From Octopus vulgaris (taxonomy: Eukaryota): a stretch of DNA of 64,000 nucleotides. The first letter of the stretch is position 1. Each line of letters begins with the position of its first letter. Of this stretch, positions 11,533 to 24,994 are shown piece by piece. Both the position numbers and the translations under genes were made by a program. Below the pieces are notes generated by a model. The model worked only from the letters and a program-made list of their open reading frames with translations. It was not told the DNA's origin and did no database searches. Where the stretch lies: the NCBI GenBank assembly GCA_951406725.2, contig OX597843.1, positions 2,914,001 through 2,978,000 of the forward strand. Reading direction: 5' to 3'.

Positions 11533-11937
11533 TATTTCTTTACTGCCCACAAGGGGCTAAACACAAAGGGGACAAACAAGGACAGACAAACGGATTTAGT
11601 CGATTACATAGACCCCAGTGCGTAACTGGTACTTAATTTATCGACCCCGAAAGGATGAAAGGCAAAGTCGACCTCGGCGGAATTTGAACTCAGAACGTAA
11701 CGACAGACGAAATACCTATTTCTTTACTACCCACAAGGGGCTAAACACAGAGGGGACAAACGGATTAAGTCGATTATATTGACCCCAGTGTGTAACTGGT
11801 ACTTAATTTATCGACCCCGAAAGGATGAAAGGCAAAGTCGACCTCGGTCGGAATTCGAACTCAGAACGTAACGGTAGACGAAATACGGCTACGCATTTCG
11901 CCCGGCGTTGCTAACGATTCTTGCCAGCTCGCTGCCA
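11533..11937 (-). mobile_element. SINE family C dimer (full copy plus head-truncated copy)
   Basis: Full copy at about 11716-11937 with head ggcagcgagctggcaag. The second unit is joined at gacgaaatac|ctatttcttta. Confidence 0.85.
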
Positions 11938-12439
11938 TGTATGTATCATACATATACATTTATACGAGGGGGCTTCTTTCAGTTTCCGCGTAAAAAAAAA
12001 TCAAACACAACAGCAACCATAGGAACTACAACTGAAAAAGAACAACATCGTCGACAATGATAGCAACAACAACAACAGCAACAACAAAAACAACAACAAC
12101 AACAACACACGCCACAATGTCAACAACAATTACAACACCACCATGGCCACCACAACGACAATAACAGCGTTACCTCATTAACAATAGCTTACGGAGTTGA
12201 ATGAATGCACCCAATAACCTCGTCTAATTTATTTTTCTAAAAAAAACATCGTCAACAATAACAACAACAACAACAAAAAAACACACACACACACGCACAC
12301 AACGGCAACTGCTGCCACCTGGTGAGTCTGAAGAAGAAAAAAAACAGCAAAACAACAAAACAACAAAAGACAAAAAACTAAAAAAAAAACACAGTTCGCT
12401 GTTTGTGTTTTATGGGAAGTCAACGATGTCGTCTGACGA

Positions 12440-13240
12440 TTCTTTGCAATGTTGTTGTTGTTTTTGTTGTTGTTGTGGTTTATGACGATGATGATGATGA
12501 TGGTGGTGGTGGTGGTGGTGGTGTTGGTGGTGGTGGTGGTGGTGGTGGTGGTGGTGATGATGATGGTGGTGGTGGTGGTGATGATGATGATGGTGGTAGT
12601 GGTGGTGGTGGTTGCGATGGTGGCGGTGGTGGTGATGGTGATAATGGTGATGATGACGATGATGAAGGTGATGGTGGTGGTAGTGTTGGTGGTGGTGGTT
12701 GCGATGGTGGCGGTGGTGGTGATGGTGATGGTGATGATGATGATGGTGATGATGGTGGTGATGGTGGTGTGTGGTGGTGGTAGTGTTGGTGGTGGTGGTG
12801 ATGATGATGGTGGTGGTGGTGATGATGATGATGGTGGTAGTGGTGGTGGTAGTGGTGGGTGGTGGTTGCGATGGTGGCGGTGGTGGTGATGGTGATAATG
12901 GTGATGATGACGATGATGAAGGTGATGGTGATGGTGATGATGATGGTGATGATGGTAGTGGTGGTGGTGATGGTGATGGTGACGATGATGGTGATGATGG
13001 TAGTGGTGGTGGTGATGATGATGATGATGGCATCGGCAGTGAGAAAAATGTGAGGATGGTTACGATAATTAGGACCAGGATTGACGGGAATCATGATGAT
13101 GATGATGATGAACATGCTCATTGTGGTGATGACGAGAGTGATGACAATGATGACGCTGAAAAACGACGAAGATGAGACGATGAAGACAACAACGATGGTG
13201 ATGACGATGACGACGATGATGATGATGATGATGACACTAA

Positions 13241-13280
<40 letters not shown>

Positions 13281-13334
13281 CGATGACGACGACAACGACG
13301 ATGATGATGATGATGATGATGATGATGACACTAA

Positions 13335-13371
<37 letters not shown>

Positions 13372-13426
13372 CGACGACGACGATGATGATGATGATGATG
13401 ATGATGACGACGACGACGACGACGAC

Positions 13427-13470
<44 letters not shown>

Positions 13471-13477
13471 CGACGAC

Positions 13478-13528
<51 letters not shown>

Positions 13529-13549
13529 GACGATGACGACGACGACGAC

Positions 13550-13587
<38 letters not shown>

Positions 13588-13631
13588 CACAAATGGATGA
13601 TGATGATGATGATGACGATGACGACGACGAA

Positions 13632-13672
<41 letters not shown>

Positions 13673-13730
13673 CACAAATGGATGATGATGATGATGATGA
13701 TGATGTAGATGATGGTGATGATGATGATAT
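12440..13730. repeat. Compound (GGT)n/(GAT)n/(GAC)n trinucleotide array with higher-order duplications
   Basis: Directly visible. The interruption gacac(t/a)aatgg recurs at about 13233, 13327, 13586 and 13671. Confidence 0.95.
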
Positions 13731-14041
13731 ATGTCCATGCTGTGCACCAGTCCAGCTGGCCATAAAGCAGATACTCTCACACAGTATCTATCAGCTAGAC
13801 ACGTGCTTGGCAACAGCCCAGTCTACGTAGCTGTTAGTTGGTTAACACTACATTTCGTTGCAATAACAAAGACACGCGTGAAAAGCAACATCCGTTGTTG
13901 TTGTCGTTGTTCTTGTTGTTGTGGTGGTGGATATCGAAGTGGTCCAACACATGGATGGATTGAATAAGATAGCCAAGTGCGGGGAGGTAGTGAGTGGGGA
14001 GTGCACAACGGGCATAGAAACGCATTGGTCCAGGTGAGTGT

Positions 14042-14087
<46 letters not shown>

Positions 14088-14110
14088 GAGTTTCCGTATA
14101 CAAGGCATAT

Positions 14111-14166
<56 letters not shown>

Positions 14167-14252
14167 AATCCAAACGGGAAACAAAAAAACAACAACAAGG
14201 GAACAATTACAGTATTATTATTAATAGGCGCTCAGGAAATGGAAGCAGGAAG

Positions 14253-14287
14253 GTATGACGTTTCGAGCGGAGCTCTTCGTCGGAAAC
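14253..14287 (-). ncRNA. Minimal hammerhead-ribozyme-like motif (variant core) in a probable Penelope-like terminal repeat
   Basis: Minus strand reads gttt CCGACGA a gagc-tcc-gctc GAAA c GTC atac. It has a palindromic acgt stem III, a U-to-C core variant and an imperfect stem I. Confidence 0.45.
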
Positions 14288-15009
14288 ATAAAGAAGGAAG
14301 AGAGAGGAAAGAAAGATCCCGGAGCGGGCAACGGAGATAGAGAAAAAAACGGCTGGTGTTAGCAGAAGCACATGGTGAAAGGCGGATGTTTACGATAACA
14401 AGAGCAAAGTGGGTTTTTAAAGGCAAAGAGTGGAGACAAGGTTGGTAACGCAACAGATGTGTGTGTATGTGTGAGTGTGTGCGTGTGCGTGTGTGTATGT
14501 GTGTGTGTGAGGCGAGGTAAAAAAACAAAAAATATATGTATGTGTTAGTGTGTGCGTCTGTGTGTAGGCGTGTGAGGTAGGGCGAGACGGTGGTCAGCAT
14601 AGCAGCAGCATAGCAGACAAAGGTCAGTAGTGAGAAAAGGGAGGAAGGAGGAAGGGAGGGAGGGGAAGGGGTGGGGGCGTATGTAGCGTGCCAGCGTGTG
14701 TTGAGTGGTAGTGTGTGTGTGTGTCCAGTGTCGTGGTAGTATTAGTGGCGAGTAGATTGAATGTGTGTAAGAGTGAGGTATATGTTTAAGCAATGTGTGT
14801 ATATGTGTGCGCGTGTGTGTAACGAAAAAAAGGGGGGGGGGGTTTAGTAAAAGGACTCCAGCGGAGGGGAAGATGGAGGAGTGGTCCCGCGGAGACGGGC
14901 GTGGGAAAACCCAACGACACGCGACATCCCAGGAACGGGCGGGAGGTCTCGTCGGATCCAAGGGCGAGGTGCATGCGGGCGCATGCGTGCGCGAACCCGC
15001 GCAAACGCG

Positions 15010-15965
15010 TGTGTGCGCGAGCCTGCGAGTGTGCGCGTACGTATGTGTGCGTGTGGATGTGTGAGTGTGTCTGTGTGTATGTCTGGGTGGCAGTGTGTCC
15101 GATGAATGTATGTGAGTATGTGTGTATATATGTGTGTGCATAGATGTATGTCCGTGTGTGTGTGTGTGTGTGTGTATGTGTGTATGAGTGTGTATGTATG
15201 TACGTGTGGGTGTGGGGAAGTGTGTGTATGTGCATGTGTGTGCGCGAACATACAGGTGTGTGAGTGAGTGCGTGTGTGTGTATGTATGTGTGAGTGTGTA
15301 TGTATGTGTGTGTAGGATGCATGTATGTGTATGGGTGTATGTATGCGTGTGTGTATGTATGTATGTGTACGTGCGTGTGTGTGTGTGTATGCGTGTAGGT
15401 GTGCGCGTGTGCATGCGTGCATGTATGTGCGTATGTGTGTGTGTGTGCATGTGTGTGGGTATATATGTGTGTGCGTATATGTGTGTGTATGTGCGTACAT
15501 GTGTGTGTGTGTGCATGTGTGTGTGTAGGTGTGTAGGCGTGTGTGTATAGGTGTATGTATGTAAGTATGTATGGGTGTGTCCGTGTATGTGTGTATGTAT
15601 GTGTGTGTATGTAGCTGTGTGGGCGTGTGTATATGTGTGTGTATGTAGGTGTGTAGGCGTGTGTATATAGGTGTATGTATGTATGTCTGGGTGTGTCCGT
15701 GCATGTTTGTGTGTGTGTGTGTGTGCATGTGTATGTAGGTGTGTGTGTACGTGTGTAATGTATGTGTGTATGCGTGTGTATGCGTGCGTGTGTGTATGTA
15801 GGTGCGTGTGTATGTGTGTGGGAGTGTAGGTGTGTGTGTGCGTGTGCGTGTTTTTGTTGGTGTGTGCGTATGTGAGTGTGAGTGTATGAGTGTTTGTCAT
15901 GCATGTGTGTGCGCGTGCAGGTGAGTGTGTGTGTAAGTATGTGTGTGTGTATGTTTGTGTGAGTG
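15010..15965. repeat. Degenerate (TG)n/(TATG)n tract
   Basis: Directly visible. Confidence 0.9.
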
Positions 15966-16008
15966 TGATATATATATAGATAGATAGATATATATATATA
16001 TATATATT

Positions 16009-16391
16009 GGCGTAGGAGTGGCTTTGTGGTAAGTAGCTTACTTACCAACCACATGGTTCCGGGTTCAGTCCCACGGCGTGGCATCTTAGGCAAGTGTATC
16101 TACTATAGCCCCGGGCCGACCAATACCTTGTGAGTGGATTTGGTAGACGGAAACTGAAAGAAGCCTGTCGTATATGTACATATATATATGTGTGCGTGTG
16201 TGTATGTTTGTGTGACTGTGTTTGTCCCCTTAGCATCGCTTGACAACCGATGCAGGTGTGTTTATGAACCCGTCACTTAGCGGTTCGACAAAAGAGACCG
16301 ATAGAATAAGTACCTGACTTACAAAGAATAAGTCCCGGAGTCGATTTGCTCGCTTAAAGGCGGTGCTCCAGCATGGCCGCAGTCAAATGAC
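16009..16391 (+). mobile_element. SINE family A, tail truncated and fused to the module repeat
   Basis: Family match from ggcgtaggagtggc to caaatgac. Confidence 0.85.
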
Positions 16392-16959
16392 GTGTTGCGT
16401 GTTTCCCCATTTTGTAAATTCGTCTTCGGCTTTCCTAGCCATTTTCTGCTTTGGCGACTTCAAAGCCATGAAGTCGTCGTCGAGAAGAACGGTGGTCTCC
16501 TTGGCAACGCTCACGACGTTGATTTCCCTACCCTCCCCTTCCCCACAGCTTCACGAGGGAGGGAAAGAAGGGGAGGAGCAACACAGGTGCACGTGTGAGT
16601 CTGGACGCCGACACACGGAAAAATTTGGAAGGACCCAGACGACAACTTCACAGTCAACGACTACTACGGACAGCTCAGCCACGACCACCACCACAAGCGC
16701 CACCACCACCACCACTATCACCACTATCACCACCACCACCACTACCATCATCACCACCTACTCAACCACAAACACCACCATCACCACCTACTCAACCACA
16801 AACACCACCATCACCACCACCACCACCACTACCACCATCACCACCACCAACACAACCACCACCACCACCACCAGCACTACCACCACCACCACAGCCACCA
16901 CCAACTCAACCACCACCAGCACCACCATCAACTCAACCACCAACACTACCACCACCACC

Positions 16960-16990
<31 letters not shown>

Positions 16991-18782
16991 CCACCACCAT
17001 CATCACCATCACCACCAACTCAACCACCACCATCACCACCAACTCAACCACCACCACCACTACCACTACCACCACCACCACCATCATCACCACCACCAAC
17101 TCAACCACCACCACCACCACCACCACCACCACCATCATCACCACCACCATCATCACCACCACCACCACCATCATCACCACCACCACCAACGCAACCACCA
17201 CCATCACCACCACCACCACTACCACTACCACCACCACCAACAACAACAACTCAACCACCACCACCACCACTACCACCACCACCACCACCACCATCACCAC
17301 CACCACCATCATCACCACCACCAGCACTACCACTACCACTACCAAAACCATCAACATCATCACCACCACCACCAACTCAACCACCACCACCACCACCACT
17401 ACCACCACTACCACCACTACCACCACCACCACCACCACCACCATCATCACCACCACCACCACTACCACCACCACCACCACCACCATCATCACCACCACCA
17501 CCACCACCACCACCACCACCATCATCACCACCATCATCACCACCACCACCACCACCACCACACACCATCACCACCACCACCACACCACCACCACCACCAC
17601 CACCATCACCACCATCATCACCACCACCACCACCACCACCACCACCACCATCACAACCATCACCACCACCACCACCACCACAACCACCACCATCACCACC
17701 ACAACCACCACCATCACCACCACAACCACCACCATCACCACCACCACCCCACCACAACCACCACCATCACCACCACTACCACCACAACAACCACCATCAC
17801 CACCACAACCACCACCATCACCACCACCACCATCACCACCACAACCACCACCACCACCACCACCACCACCACCACCACCACCACCATCACCACCACCACC
17901 ACCACCACCACCACCATCACCACCACCACCACCACCACCACCACCACCACCATCACACCACCACCATCATCACCACCACCACCATCACCACCACCACCAC
18001 CACCACAACCACCACCATCACCACCACCACCACCACCACCACAACCACCACCATCACCACCACCACCACCACCATCACCACCATCACCACCACCACCACC
18101 ACAATCACCACCACCACCACCACCACCACCACCACCACCATCACCACCACCACCACCACCACCACCACCACCACCACCACCATCACCACCACTACCACCA
18201 CCATCACCACCACCACCACCACCACCACCACCACAATCACCATCACCACCACCACCACCACCACAACCACCACCACCACCACCACCACCACCACCACCAT
18301 CACCACCACCACCACCACCACCACCACCACCACCATCACCACCACCACCACCACCACCACCATCACCACCACCACCACCACCACCACCACCACCACCACC
18401 ACCACCACAACCACCACCACCACCACCACCACAACCACCACCATCACCACCACCACCACCACCACCACCACCACCACATCACCACCACCACCACCACCAC
18501 CACCACCATCACCACCACCACCACCACCACCACCATCACCACCACCACCACCACCACCACCACCACCATCACCACCACAACCACCACCATCACCACCATC
18601 ACCACCACCACCACCACAATCACCATCACCACCACCACCACCACCACCCACCACCATCACCACCACCACCACCACCACCACAACCACCACAACCACCACC
18701 ATCACCACCACCACCACCACCACCACCACCACACCACCACCACCACAACCTCCTCCATCACCACTACCACCATCACCACCAT
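16392..18782 (+). repeat. Module copy 1: ~300-bp complex unit followed by ~2.1-kb (ACC)n tract
   Basis: gcgtgtttccccattttgtaaattcgtcttcggc...ggacagctcagccacg is homologous to 19195-19555 (-), 20920-21270 (-) and 39411-39985 (+). Confidence 0.9.
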
Positions 18783-18784
18783 TA

Positions 18785-19056
18785 CCTATCTAGGTACGAT
18801 CTCGACGACCCAATGCGTTTGCTCCGTGTCCACGTTGGTGCATTTGGGTGTTCGAGTCGGACCCTGTCAGACAGTTGAAAGCGTCTGAGCAGGTCTCTAA
18901 GACATTTACATCCCCCATCTATTTTCTTCTCTCCCCCCCTCCCCCACATAGTCTAGATGCGTGTCCAAGGTAGCATTCCGATCCACCACCTAAAAGTGAA
19001 GGACGAGACGGTCCCAGGAATACTTCTAGACGTCGGAAGAAATCCGGCCGACCTGT
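18785..19056 (-). mobile_element. L1/Tx1-clade LINE fragment, apurinic-like endonuclease domain
   Basis: Manual minus-strand translation with one frameshift: TGRPDFFRRLEVFLG...VDRNATLDTHLDYVG...LRDLLRRFQLSDRVRLEHPNAPTWTRSKRIGSSRSYLDR. This matches the GDFN, L-D-WR--HP, (F/W)TW and SR(I/L)D motif series of L1/Tx1 endonucleases. Confidence 0.75.
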
Positions 19057-19074
19057 TAAAAGGGTGAATAGACT

Positions 19075-20060
19075 ACCAGGACGATATCGTTGTTGTTGTT
19101 GTTGCTGTTGTTGTTGTTGTTGTGGTGGTGGTGGTGGTGGTGGTCGTCGTCGTCGTCGTCGTGGTAATGGTGGTTGTGGTGGTGGTGGTGGTCGTGGCAG
19201 GATTGTCCGTAGTAGTCGTTTGACCGTGAAGCCGTCGTCTGGTTCCTTCCAAATTTTTCCGTGTGTCGTCGGCGTCTATGCTCGCACCTGCACCTGTGTT
19301 TCTCCTCCCCTTCTTTCCCTCCCTCGTGAAGCTGTGGGGAAGGGGAAGGTAGGGAAATCAACGCCGTAAGCGTTGCCAAGGAGACCACCGTTCTTCTCGA
19401 CGACGACTTCATGGCTTTGAAGTCGCCATCTTCAAAGCAGAAAATGGCTAGGAAAGCCGAAGACGAATTTACAAAATGGGGAAACACGCCACATAAAGGC
19501 AGGTTTCCCGTGCAAAGAGTTTCAACAACCAAATGTATTTATTAGTTGTTGCACAATAGACGTCATTGATTGGTTGAAATTGCAGAAATTGAAGAAAAAA
19601 CAACCAACAAATATCTTACAAGCTATAGAATTTATGAAGTTTAAATTTTTTTAATTACGTAGAAATTATTTTCAGTTGAGGTTTTAGTTGTTGGCAGTTA
19701 AGGTAGACGGCAAAAGGACGATATCGTTGTTGGTGGTGATGTTGGTGGCGGTGGTGGTGGTGGTGGTGGTGGTGGTGGTGGTGGTGGTGGTGGTGGTGGT
19801 GGTGGTGGTGGTGGTGGTGGTGGTGGTGGTGGTGGTGGTGGTGGTGGTGGTGGTGGTGGTGGTGGTGATAGAGGTGATGGTGGTGGTGGTGGTGGTGGTG
19901 GTGGTGGTGATGGTGGTGGTGATGGTGGTGGTGATGGTGGTGATGGTGGTGGTGGTGGTGGTGGTGATGGTGATGGTGATGGTGGTGGTGGTGGTGGTGG
20001 TGGTGGTGGTGGTGATGGTGATGGTGGTGGTGATGGTGGTGGTGATGGTGGTGATGGTGG

Positions 20061-20091
<31 letters not shown>

Positions 20092-21270
20092 GCTGGTGGT
20101 GGTGCTGGTGGTGGTGGTGGCGGTGGTGGTGGCGGTGGAGGTGATGGTGGTGGTGTTGGTGGTGCTGGTGGTGGTGATGGTGGTGGTGGTGGCGGTGGTG
20201 GTCATGGTGGTCATGGTGATGGTGGTGGTGGTGGCGGTGGTGGTCATGGTGGTCATGGTGATGGTGGTGGTGGTGGCGGTGGTGGTGATGGTGGTGGTGA
20301 TGGTGGTGATGGTGGGGGCGGTGGTGGTGGTGATAGTTGTGGTTATGGTGGTTGTGGTGATGATGATGATGTGGTGGTGGTGGTGGTCGTCGTCGTCGTC
20401 GTGGTAGTGGTGGTGGTGGTGGTGGTGGCGGCGGTGGTGGTGGTGGTGATGATGGTGGTGGTGGTCATGGTCGTGGTCGTGGTCGTGGTGGTGATGGTGG
20501 TGGTGGTGGTGGTGGTGGTCGTCGTCGTCGTCGTCGTGGTGGTGGTGGTCGTGGTGGTCGTCGTCGTCGTCGTCGTGGTGGCGGTGGTGGTGATGGTGGT
20601 GGTGATGGTGGTGATGGTGGGGGCGGTGGTGGTGGTGATAGTTGTGGTTATGGTGGTTGTGGTGATGATGATGATGTGGTGGTGGTGGTGGTCGTCGTCG
20701 TCGTGGTAGTGGTGGTGGTGGTGGTGGTGGTGGTGGTGGTGGTGGTAGATGATGGTGGTGGTGGTGGTGGTGGTGGTGGTGGTGGTGGTGGTGATGGTGG
20801 TGGTGGTCATGGTCGTGGTCGTGGTCGTGGTGGTGATGGTGGTGGTGGTGGTGGTGGTGGTGGTCGTCGTCGTCGTGGTGGTGGTGGTGGTGGTGGTGAT
20901 GGTGGTCGTGGTGGTGGTCGTGGCAGTGTTGTCCGTAGAGTCGTTTGACCTTGAAGATGTCGTCTGGGTTCTTCCAATTCTTCGTGTGTCGGCGTCCAGA
21001 CTCACACGTGCACCTGTGTTTCTCCTCCCCTTCTTTCCCTCCCTCGTGAAGCTGTGGGGAAGGGGAGGCTAGGGAAATCAACGTCGTAAGCGTTGCCAAG
21101 GAGACCACCGTTCTTCTCGACGACGACTTCATGGCTTTGAAGTCGCCAAAGCAGAAAATGGCTAGGAAAGCCGAAGACGAATTTACAAAATGGGGAAACA
21201 CGCCACACAGGGCAGGTTTCCCGTGCAAAGAATTTGCACAACCGAATGTATTTATTAGTTGTTGCACAAC
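19075..21270 (-). repeat. Module copies 2 and 3 in tandem, separated by a MITE-derived segment (19555-19672)
   Basis: Two units with (GGT)n tracts of ~110 bp and ~1.2 kb. The spacer aatagacgtcattgattggttgaaattgcagaaattgaag matches MITE positions 351-518. Confidence 0.9.
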
Positions 21271-21409
21271 TTTTACAGAAAAAATATTATCCAAACATAA
21301 ATTTTTGAAGACAATAAAAGGCAAAGCAATATGACTATCGTCCGTCCATAAGATAGATGGAGAGATAGAGTGATAAAGAGGGAGAGAGAGAGATAGAGAA
21401 AGACATAGG

Positions 21410-21484
<75 letters not shown>

Positions 21485-21543
21485 GAGAGTGAGATAGAGA
21501 GAGACAGACAGAGAGAGAGAGATAGAGAGAGAGATAGAGAGAT

Positions 21544-21766
<223 letters not shown>

Positions 21767-21879
21767 GCTTATATATACATTTTCTGTAAGTGTTTATGTA
21801 TACATATGTATTTATATATGTGTGTACAGGCACATACACACACAGTTTGACGATATGTATGTCCGTATAAATGTGTGTT

Positions 21880-21993
<114 letters not shown>

Positions 21994-22229
21994 GTATATA
22001 CATATATACATATAATCATATACTGCTTAACGGTATAAGTATGTTACTATGCCTGTATATATATATATACATACATACACACTGACACACATATACTGAG
22101 ACGATAAATGGCGATTCTATAATATATTGATCTGTTGGTCACCTTTGACCCCGGCCACCTTTTATACGTCGATATCAATTCCCCAACAAAGATTGTATCT
22201 GATCAGAAATTAGACACTGCTTATAACGA

Positions 22230-23430
22230 TGTTGGTGGTGGTGATGGCGGTGGTTGTGGTGGTGGTGGTAGTGGTGGTTGTGGTGGTGGTGGTGGTGGTG
22301 GTGGTGGTGGTGGTGGTGGTGGTGGTGGTGGTGGTTGTGGTGGTGGTGGTGGTGGTGGTGGTGGTGGTGGTGGTGGTGGTGGTGGTTGTGGTGGTGATGG
22401 TGGTGGTGGTGGTGGTGGTGGTGGTGGTGGTGGTGGTGGTGGTGGTGGTGGTGGTGGTGGTGGTGGTAGTGGTGGTGGTAGTGGTGGTGGCGAAAGGTGG
22501 TGGTGGTGGTGGTGGTGGTGGTGTCGGTGGTAGTGGAGGTCGTGGTGGTGGTGGTGGTAGTGTTGGTGATGGTGATGGTGGTGGTGGTGGTGGTGGTTGT
22601 GGTGGTGGAGGTCGTGGTGGTGGTGGTGGTGGTGGTGGTGGTGGTGGTGGTGGTGGTGGTGGTGGTGGTGGTGGTGGTGGCGGTGGTGGTGGTGGTGGTG
22701 GTGGTGATGGTGGTGGTAATCGTGGTGGTGGTAATGGTGGTGGTGGTGGTGGTGGTGGTGGCGGTGGTGGTGGTGGTGGTGGTGGTTGTGGTGGTTGTGG
22801 TGGTGGTATTGTGGCGGTGATGTTGGTGGTGGTGATGGTGGTGGTGGTGGTGGTGGAGGGGCTGGTGGTGGTGGTGGTGGTGGTGGTGGTGGTGGCCATG
22901 GTGGTGGTGGTGGTGGTGGTGGTGGTGGTGGTGGTGGTGGTGGTGGTGGTGGTGGTGGTGGTGGTGGTGGTGGTGGTGGTGGTGGTGGTGGTGATGGTGG
23001 TGATGGTGGTGATGTTGGTGGTGGTGGTGGTGGTGGTGGTGGTGGTGGTGGTGGTGGTGGTGGTGGTGGTGGTGGTGTTGGTGTTGGTGCTGGTGGTGGT
23101 GGTGGTGGTGGTTGTGGTGGTGATGGTGGTGGTGGTGTTGGTGGTGGTGGTGGTGGTGGTGGTGGTGGTGGTGGTGGTGGTGGTGGTTGTAGCAGTGCTA
23201 GTGGTCGTAGCTGTGTTGAAGTTGATGTTGGTGTTGGTGGTCGTGATGATGGCGTTACTAAGAGGTTGTTTCTGTGGTGGTGGTCGTCGTCGTCGTCGTG
23301 GTCGTGTTCGTGTTCGTGGTGGAGGTGGTGGTGATGGTGGTGTTGTTGTTGTAGTTGTTGTTGTTTTGGTGGTGGTGGTGGTGGTGGTGGCGGCGGCGGC
23401 GGTGGTGGTGGTGGTGGTGGTGGTGGTGTC
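22230..23430. repeat. ~1.2-kb (GGT)n microsatellite
   Basis: Directly visible. Confidence 0.95.
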
Positions 23431-23527
23431 ATTAAGATTTTGTTCTTGTGGCTAGCAGTTTGATTTGGCTCTTATTTCTAGCAATACTAGTGCTGAACAG
23501 CACTCTCAACGCTTTTGTGACGTATAA

Positions 23528-23612
<85 letters not shown>

Positions 23613-24004
23613 CGTGCGTGTGAGTGTGTGTGTGTGTGTGTGTTTGCGTGTGTGGGTGTGTTACGTGATATTATCTGGTAAGGCTTCCCCAAACAGAAGA
23701 CATACGCCACAGACTCCGGGAAACCGGGCCCATGAGCCTGGCTAGGCTTTGAAAAGGCCCCCTTTATTTTTTATTTATGTGCTAAGAAGATTGCTTTCCA
23801 GCCACATGGTTCAGGGTTCAGTCCCACCGCGTGGCAACTTGGCCAAGTGTCCTCTACGAACACCAGAAAACACTTGCCCAAGCTGGGATTGAACCGAAGA
23901 CCACATAGTTGAAAAGCAGCAAGCTTCTAAGCCAGACAACCATGCCTGCTCCTACTTAAGAGCTATCTCTTTCACCTGGGTTTCCAGAAGAATGTTTTAA
24001 GGAA

Positions 24005-24160
24005 CAACGACGCGTTCGGAAAGTCACGAATCGCAGAGAGATTCCACTTCCGGTTGATGTTGAAGTCATTGTTTGCCGTGTTTCCGGTAAAACATGGCGA
24101 TTGAAAACCTTTCCGAATTTGGAATACAGATTCGGTTGCTTTTCAGGTCTATCGTGAGTT
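24005..24160 (+). promoter_or_regulatory. Candidate TATA-less promoter and first exon
   Basis: CpG-rich unique island with ETS-type CACTTCCGG (~24046) and TTCCGG (~24082), and YY1-type AACATGGCG overlapping an ATG at 24094. Twenty open codons ([20 protein letters not shown]) end exactly at a GTGAGT donor consensus (24154). Confidence 0.45.
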
Positions 24161-24224
24161 GAGCTCGTCTACAAATATATATACACCCGTACATGTATAT
24201 ATACATGTGTATATACACACACAC

Positions 24225-24299
<75 letters not shown>

Positions 24300-24456
24300 T
24301 ATATGTGCTTGTATGTGTATATATATATATATATACATATATACATATATGTATATATGCATATATATATGTATAAATATGTGTATATATATATATGCAT
24401 ATATATGCATATATATACATATACATATATAGAGATCTATATTTGTATTTACATAT

Positions 24457-24501
<45 letters not shown>

Positions 24502-24994
24502 AATATACACATACATACATACAAATATTTATAATATATATGTATATATATAAACACACGGATATATACACATTTAAATAATACATGCGTAGATATATTT
24601 GCACATTATATTCATGTCATTACACACACACTCACTCATAAATATGTGTATAGCATTAAACACACATCAGCTTGAACAAATCTTGCCCGAGGTTAAGTAT
24701 AGATGAGGGGGTGGATCTCACATTAGATAATGTAGTCCCAGGTAAATCATGCCAGATAGTCACGTTTGGATTACGACTGATGATATAATACGTTGTATCG
24801 GATTTGCTATTAGTCAGGCGTTCCAGGACAACGATGGTTTGAAAGGACATGTTATATAGTGTAGTCCAAGATACACTGTGACAATAATAAGGCGGAAAGA
24901 TCACACCATGAACGTCCATGATGAGAGGTCTCCCAGATCAGGAGTAAAACTGGATTAAACAGCCGCTACTTTAAGTAAGAAATACTCTTTTTTT

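Noticed and set aside
12403-13830. Poly-G/D/H/S/M ORFs
   Set aside because: Translations of trinucleotide microsatellites with no complex sequence.
16363-18888. 841-aa Thr/Pro/His-rich ORF (mucin- or extensin-like)
   Set aside because: It starts within a SINE tail and is mostly (ACC)n, which is open in several frames on both strands and drifts between T, P and H registers. It is not credible as a whole gene.
22135-23455. Gly-, Val- or Pro-rich ORFs
   Set aside because: (GGT)n tract that is stop-free by composition.
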